Below, in pieces: positions 56,356-64,000 of a stretch of 64,000 bases of DNA (the stretch's first letter is position 1; each line of letters starts with the position of its first letter). Both the position numbers and the translations under genes were made by a program. This DNA is from Bugula neritina. Its lineage: Eukaryota > Animalia > Bryozoa. The DNA lies in NCBI GenBank assembly GCA_964035545.1, contig OZ037772.1, forward strand, positions 11,468,818 to 11,532,817, in the 5' to 3' direction. A model generated the notes under the pieces. That model was not told where the DNA came from and did no database searches. It saw only the letters and a program-made list of their open reading frames with translations.

Positions 56356-59300
56356 TTAAAAAAGCATGTCGCTTGACTCGGTGAATGACCAGGATTTAAC
56401 TTCTTGCTCATTGGCCGGTTTGAAAGTGAGTTCATCAGAAGGAGGCTCTGGGATAAACTCTCCTGGTCTGATAGAAGATGGTTCGGTGGGGGAGATGGGA
56501 CCTTGACCTAGCGTAAAGTTGCCATGATACGATGACGTGTGCGTAGCCAGAGTTCCTAAACAGAGAAAATAACATCAAGTTGGGTCGTCTGATTTACTTG
56601 GATGTGAATAGGTCAATATACTTCAGTATGTCATCTAATAGAGACAGGAAAAGCACAGGGATTCTGGGTAAACAGGAAACAGGTTACAAATAATAAAATA
56701 CCTAAATATGTGGAGAACGTAACTCCAAAGTAGTAGTATGAGACGAATATTCATTACAAATTAATAAAATCTTTCAACACTAATAGGAGTTATTCTCCCT
56801 TTGAACAGATTGCTATACTCAACCACATGCTTTGTACACTAATAGGATAATTCACCAGATGACACACGGACAGACACACAGACAAACAGACAGAGACAGA
56901 CAGACAGACTACCTTTAATAACCGGAGAACCAGACTTGAGGGAAGCTCTGAGAGAGGACTTGGTAGAGGTCAGGTCCGGTTCATCTACAGACCGGTCCGG
57001 GGCGGCCTGCATGTGGTCCGGGTCGTCCCAGTACACGGCCCCGTCCTCCTAGAGACAAGAGAAACTCAGTAACTTGACACTGTAATTTTACACTAACTCT
57101 GTAACTAGACTATGAACTAATAAATAACAACCGTTTACTACTAACTATTGACTATTACATACTAACCATGCAATAACTAATAACTCTCAACTGCCAAAAC
57201 TAACTACTACAATGTTGAGAAAATTTGACTCTGAAAGATAAACATGTTACTCCATACTGCACTAGATAGCCTACATATCCTGCGTGATAAAGTATCCTGT
57301 ACCTTGGGGGTGTCTCGTATCATCACCTTCTCACTGACGTACTCGTGGACCTGCGCTAAGTCAAGGTTGGTGAAGCTGATACTTTTCTTAGTCTACAACA
57401 GCACAGCATACACTAGACTAGCAGAGAGTACTATAAGGAAGTAGAAACAGCTGGCTGATAAGTTACAGAGTAGATCAGTGAATGACTCAAAGTACAGTTT
57501 ATCAATTGTATGGAGAAGATAAGCTCAGCTTGTAACGTATTATATGAGTATGTTATAGAGTCATGGGACACATTAGACAGGAGATATAAGCACTGTGTGT
57601 ACTGCTTTATATTATGTGAATAGACTTTTTATTCCATGTTTGGACACAGTTGCAGTGAATAAAACACAACCATAAGTTCATGCAAACCAGTACATCAAAT
57701 TCATCAGTAGGAGCATCCATTTGCATTGTAATGTGGAGTAATGGAAATGCAGTGAAGATGGGACGTTATTGTTGTAGGATAGCAGGAAGATGCTGTTTGA
57801 TATTGCATCACTTGACCACGTGTAGCAGAGGTGAATGTAGGAAGGGGTTGCTGCTTAGAATAACTGGTACTATTTACATTTAGATAGACACTAAAGTTAC
57901 ATGTTGAGGATATGACATCCACACTGCAGATAGTACTCTGTACCCAGAGCTACCGTGAGACCACACTGAGAGATGTATAAGTATATAACTTAGAGGCTAC
58001 TAAGGAATAGAGACTTACAGATGGGTTCGAGGGCTGCTTGAGACACCCTCTACCAACCACAACTTTGTCATCAGTGAACTGTATTACTGGACCTACATTT
58101 ATCTTCTCATATTCCGGAATCTACAATATACAGAGAGGAAGTGATGTCATAGTGTATACACACAGAGAGGAAGTGATGTCAGCATATATGCAACTGATTC
58201 AGTGAGGTTTAACCTATAACACCCTTCTAGCACTGTTATACAGTAAATATAATAAACTATTTCATGAAAATATTTTGGAGTTGTCTTCTAACTAATATTT
58301 TCTACAATTTCAACCATTTCATACTAAAACAACATTTGGAACAAGAAACTTCATGCACACAGCTGCAGGACTACTCTACCAGACAGACAAACAGACAGTG
58401 TCATGTTAGGTGTCACCTTTCTCTCCTTGCCGAACATAGACCTCCTCGTGTCCAGCACGTTTCCACTTCCTCTACGTGCCGAGGGTTTGAGCATGTCATC
58501 AATATTGGTGACAGGAAGTCCCTCACTGGACGCACTTCTACCTCTTCTCTTACGGAGCACAACCTAGAGAGTAGCAAAGGGAGGGTCATATGGCTAGCAT
58601 CATACGTATTATACTCCCACAACAATATTAGCTGAATTCAAACAGTTCAAAATATATGATACAGAAACGAGATTGTTTAACTAAAAACCATCCAAATGGT
58701 GCCTAAGTTATTCTAAAGTCTAACCGATAACAACAAACACAGCCTGCAAATACTCAGTCCAGCTAACATAAAATTAAACAAGAATATTAGAAATGCAATG
58801 AGAGAAGATGAAGAGAGAATTGTGTACCTGCAGATCGGTTTCTGTCTGTTCGGAGACTGGAGAGGACTTGGAGTCTGGAATGTCTTTCACCGACTTCTTC
58901 TTAGTCTGAGTTTGTGAATCTGTAGATTTGGAGTCGGGTTTCCCTGGCCCAGCTGTCTCCGGCTTTGCTGCTGATTTCTTACTGGGAATGTCTGATAGAG
59001 AAATTGCACTTTTCTGATTGGACGGAGGAGTAGCAGACGTTGCTATGGCGTCTGCTGATTGGCCAACCTTCTTCCTACGTTCACTCACCAAGACATCTGG
59101 TCCACTCCGTGAAGTCGATGGCGTCACAGAACTAGACTCGCTGATAGTGACACTTGAGAGAGAGGTGGTGCGGGGTGACATGTCGGCTTTTTTATTTTCT
59201 TCGACAGGTGATGTGACAGTTTTAGACACATGTGCTAGCCTGTCAGCTGGTGGTGTCACTGGAGCAGTGACACTTTTAGACACATGTGCTAGCTTGCCAG

Positions 59301-61608
59301 CTGCTGGTGTCACTGGAGCAGTGACACTTTTAGACACATGTGCTAGCTTGCCAGCTGGTGGTGTCACTGGAGGAGTGACACTTTTAGACACATGTGGTAG
59401 CTTGTCAACAGGTGGTGTCACTGGAGCAGTGACACTTTTAGACACATGTGCTAGCTTGCCAGCTGGTGGTGTCACTGGAGCAGTGACACTTTTAGACACA
59501 TGTGGTAGCTTGTCAACAGGTGGTGTCACAGGAGGAGTGACACTTGCAGGCACATGTGCTAGCCTGTCAGCTGGTGATGTCAAAGGAGGAGTGACACTAT
59601 TAGACACATGTGCTAGCTTGCCAGCTGGTGGTGTCACTGGAGGAGTGACACTTTTAGATACATGCACTAGCCTGTCAGCTGGTGGTGACACAGGAGGAGT
59701 GACACTTGCAGGCACATGTGCTAGCCTGTCAGCTGGTGATGTGACACCTTTAGAAAATAGAGTTTGTGAAGGACTGTCGCCATTCTCTTCTGTTTTGTAC
59801 CAGTCGTGTTTAGTTTGTTTCAGTTTGATGGAGGCAAAGAGAGGCTGTGCAGGCTGATCATCATTGTGGTGGGTGAACTTGTTGGCTTTCTTTGTACGGA
59901 GTTTCTGGAAGATTGAAACGTGGAGTACAGATCACGGGTTCTATTTAGTGACCATCTCAACTACCAGCACTTATTTAGAGAATGCAAGTTTACTAAAACA
60001 TGACCCGCTTAGAGTCCTTGTTAGATAACCTGAGAAATGTAATCAAAAACTCTTAAAAACAGGGGGAGGAGGAGGTAAAGGGAAAGCTAAGTGAGTAGAA
60101 ATCATAGCTAGCAAAAAGATCTACTGACATAAAATTTTGAAATCCAACTTGATTAGAATAGTTTTAAAATGATTTGAAAAGTTCATGAAAGGATTTGACA
60201 ATTCCAGATTTTGCAGATATGCTCATGATTCTCCAACATACATCACTCCCTACCTACAGGTGTGTGCAGGGAAACGTATATTGGATAATAGAGTGGAAGT
60301 AAACCAGCAGAATTTGCTTACCTTTGCTGTAGATTCTTCAGTGGGTGGAGGAGAAACACTGCTCTCTGATTTTACCACAGCTTTAGACTGAGCATCTGTC
60401 GATTTAATGTCACCCTGACTCGAATTCTAAAAGATATACAGGCTAAAGTTAGGGGTGTGAAATTAAAAGAGCTAAGACTACTGACAGATGAGTAGCGAAT
60501 CTTCCTACAATAGTATCATAACCATATACTTTTCCTTCTTATAGATAATGCAATAAGAAATCTAAGGCTAACCATTTATTCAGCTTCTGGAGCTGCAAAT
60601 ATGTAAATAATTAAGAAATATGCAAGATTAGAGCTATAAAGACATAGAACAATAGGTGGGGAAGGGATATTGCCCTATGCAGGTGGGACATTGCCCCTAT
60701 AAAAGGATAATATTAACTACAGTGGGGCACTTTGTCCAGTAGGTCATCACCAGATGATTAGCATGTCATATTCTCTCTGGACTGATAAATAATTTAATAT
60801 AGAGAGTGTTAATGGAGATTTCATCAAATGTCTTTCCATAATCCAACACCACAGCACCAACCAATGACCTGTGTGTAGCTGGCTGTGTGAGAGAGTGACA
60901 ACATGGAGGAACTCTTACATCAAATAAAGCTGTCAAATCCTGCAGGGAATGCCTAGTGAACTCTTTTTCACAGCTGGCACATGAGATGAGAGGACAACCC
61001 CAAACTCAACATTGAAAAGCTGAACACAGAAAAAACATGTTGAAAGTGTGAGATACGAGAAGAGACTGTCGTGTGTACACAGGAAGTGATGTCAGCAGGA
61101 CAGAAGCATGCAGAGTTGCAGGAGAGAGGCAGTGAGGTTGCATGCAGAGTAGAGACTACCTACTAGCTATGTGTAGTGGTATTGGCTGTAGCAGCCAGCT
61201 GTATTGTTTATCACACTGAGTGCCAATTACACAGGTAGAGACGAGGTAATAGCAGTTTACAGATCAGTAAATCAACATGCATATCTGTGAGTGGCTAGAT
61301 ACCATTGTTAGATTGCTAAGTGATAATGTTGTACAATAACTACAGCTGTGATATCTTATCATACACTCAGGGTGAGATCGCAGCGGTTGGGGGCGTCACA
61401 GAGCACACCCGTCACCGACACATTTACAATCCATTTACCATGAGCTATTTTACAAGCGAATTTTACCTTCATTATCACTGCCAACTACTAATACTAATAC
61501 TACTACCATCACCACTATTGCCATATTACCAATACATCTGCTACTACTACTAATACTATATCACTACTACTATCACTACTACTATCACTACTACTACTGC
61601 TACTACTG

Positions 61609-61687
<79 letters not shown>

Positions 61688-63486
61688 CACTACTGATGCT
61701 GCTACTACTACACCTAGCACAACTACTATTACTACTACTACTATTACCACTACTACTGCTACTACTACACTTAATACTACCACTATTACTATGACTATCG
61801 CCACTACTCACATTGCTGCTAACTGAAGGCAGTGGCGAGACAACTTGTACCGGTTTCTTTCTCCGTGGAGGGGCTACAGGAGCAGGGTGGGTTTCAAACA
61901 TAGCCTTAGCCATCAGCACTTTCTCGTGAACTGGCAGATCAACTGACCAATCAGGAAGCTCCTGAGATAAGTGTGTGTTGTCTATAACTTTGTTCTTCCT
62001 AGAAACACATTTATATGTTTAGGTAAATATTTCTACACTTTAGTGAAATTAGGCATGCATTATGAACTCAAATAGAAGATTCAAGTTACTCAGTTGACAA
62101 AGACCAATAAATTTCACAACAACTTCTAAATACTTACAGTTTGGCAGTGTGAGCAGATTGCACAAGGATCACGGGTTTATCAAGAGTTGAAGCAGACGTC
62201 GCGTTCACCGGGGAAGTTGATGCAGAAGAGTCAAGTGACTCAGATTTACTCTGCGGGACAACTTCCTTGGAAGACTTGCTTTCGATGAGGACAATGTCAT
62301 TCACATTTCTATGAAATGATGATGTCTTGCTAGGCTCTATAGCTTGTGTAGGAGGCGTGAAGGAATTAGACTTGACTACAGTTTGAGATTTAAAACTAGC
62401 AGAAGTTGTTGACGGAAGGGTCATAGTTGAGGGTCTCTGTAAGGCCGACATGCTGTCAGCGGACGTTGAGCGGGTAACTCGTAGTTGAGCAACTTTAGTG
62501 GGTTTAGTAGTTTGGTGAACACTGTTCGGCCTGGAGCTTAGAGAAGAAGAACGCGAATATGCGGTGTCGGTGTTGACTGTTGGGTAGGAGATGGTCGACC
62601 ATTTGCTGAGCATTTTAGACACAAATCCAGGTTGGTATTTGAAATCCGCAGAACCTTCTGTATCAGATTCTTCGGTTTCCGGTGAATTCAGTCCCTCACT
62701 ACTTTCAGAACTGACTTTTGCATGTGTTAGTCGTCTGCCAGCCAGCACAGAGTAACCACCTTGCTTACCTGTCTCATCATCACTGTCACTATCAGTGCTA
62801 GCAACACCATCACTAATCAACCTATCAGTGTTGTCATTCTGAACAATAGAGTGCCTAAGATTATTGTCAGCCTCATAATTGCCTTTATCATTATGAACAA
62901 TTTGTTCGATGCTGGAAAAGTTGTCTGGTTTGTAAAATGTGTTGGCTCCATTTAAGGAATGACCATTTTCTACATTATCACATTTGCTTTCATTTTTAAT
63001 TGAACTAGTTGAAGAATGAATAGTTGAGTTAGTAATAAAATTAGAATTAGGAGGGTGAGGGTAAACGTGATGATCACGATGATGTGAACTTTTTTCATCA
63101 GTTTTACTTTCTTGAATGTGGTTGTTGTTGAGACTCACCGTGCTAAGTCTAGGATCACTATTGACATTGGAATGATTATGATCCTGACTACTAGTACTAT
63201 TTTGATTTACTTTTAACATTTCAACTTCATGTCCAAACCGCTTGCGTTTTTGCTCCTGTTGATGCAATAACAATTCTTTTTTCTTTTCTAGAAACTCACG
63301 TTTCCACTGTGGAATGCTCAAGTCATCTTCTTGTTCACCAGAATTTAGTTTTCCCCTTTGAAAGTTTTTACTAGTATTACTATTAGCAACAGCTTCCTCA
63401 TCCCGGTCGTTATTTTTAGAAAGCATAAGTACCTGCGAGTGTGAGTTACCAGTCAGTATCAATGGTGCATCAACTTGTGAACTCAT
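56356..63486 (-). CDS. Taperin/phostensin (TPRN/PPP1R18) family PP1-regulatory protein, ~1130 aa
   Basis: Exons 63486-62138, 61998-61812, 60426-60322, 59904-58828, 58563-58417, 58120-58019, 57392-57303, 57048-56913, 56555-56356 sum to 3393 nt in frame. N-terminal IPQWKREFLEKKK (taperin VPAWKREILERK as recalled), PGFVSKML, GRGCL..KKSISF..HEYVSE (RVxF motif; taperin KISF..YQYPSE), C-terminal WS..DMLF*. Confidence 0.82.
59205..59748 (-). repeat. 54-bp coding tandem repeat (~10 x 18 aa)
   Basis: Unit VT(P/A)PVTPPA(G/D)(K/R)LAHVSKS; GGAGCAGTGACAC recurs at 59261 and 59315. Confidence 0.97.
60790..60861 (-). mobile_element. Possible ancient LINE RT relic in an intron
   Basis: Translates VGAVVLDYGKTFDEISINTLYIKL, resembling the RT motif GAVFLDFSKAFDxVxHxxLLxKL. 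Confidence 0.4.
61480..61810. repeat. (ACT/AGT)n intronic trinucleotide repeat
   Basis: Long CTA run directly after the GTGAGT donor at 61811. Confidence 0.95.
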
Positions 63487-64000
63487 CGTGACACCAAATT
63501 CGTTTTAAAATAAGTCCAGTACTAGTAGCTACCCGAATACAACAAGTACAACCATGTTGAAATTATATTCTCAATCTTAATACAATTCACGCCGAACAGA
63601 CAAACTTGGACTACGCCTAAATTTGCCAGCCCACGATTAGTCACATATCATATATAATAAAAAGAAACGACAAATGAAAAGCAAGCTAATGTGAGCATCA
63701 AAGTGACGTAAGGTTGGTAACGATAGCTTCCGCTACTAATTTATTTAACATTCGAAATAATATAATCAGCATTAACGCATATAAAAAACACAAATTTAAA
63801 TTTAAATTCCAAAATTTAAAAACAAACAATGTTTTAACAAACAAAAATTAAAAAAAAACTTTTTTATGTGAACAAATTAGGAACTGATTTTAGACTTCCT
63901 AGTAACCAATGGCGACCACATGGAACTATAATATTCACTTTGTACATAACAATACCACATCAACCAAATAAAACTAAGCTGAGTGCACCAACGTAGTTAG

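Noticed and set aside
59018-59857. 279-aa plus-strand ORF
   Set aside because: Antisense shadow of the stop-poor 54-bp coding repeat in the taperin-like exon.
61515-61811. Poly-Ser and poly-Val ORFs
   Set aside because: Read-through into an intronic (AGT)n repeat after the GTGAGT donor at 61811.

Overview
AT-rich genomic DNA from an invertebrate animal with many short GT-AG introns; the taxon cannot be determined from sequence alone. Gene models below were spliced by hand with exon phases checked. (1) The 3' part of CCDC180/CFAP76 (+, to 23255). (2) A complete 9-coding-exon alpha-arrestin (ARRDC-like) gene nested antisense in a 7.6-kb CCDC180 intron. (3) SNF8/VPS22 (-), tail-to-tail with CCDC180 and head-to-head with (4) MRPS34 (+). 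(5) An unrecognised multi-exon orphan gene (+, 45221-51946) whose C-terminus is built from duplicated phase-1 mini-exons. (6) A complete taperin/phostensin-family PP1 regulator (-, 56356-63486) with a 54-bp coding tandem repeat. Between MRPS34 and the orphan gene (about 31-43 kb) is a mosaic of decayed minus-strand gene fragments (C2H2 finger, kinesin-5-like, KIF4-like, unknown). In it, five sequence blocks each occur twice in shuffled order, and one block is split by a young 5'-truncated L2/CR1-group LINE with a foldback MITE inserted in its tail. Also present: a pogo-like transposon derivative, several MITEs, tRNA-derived SINEs, minisatellites, and recurrent tandem duplications of splice sites. 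No CRISPR arrays, rRNA or convincing tRNA genes were seen. No clearly new biological system is proven; the best leads are the shuffled fragment mosaic, the orphan gene, and the nested arrestin that lacks PPxY and ends in a PDZ-type motif.
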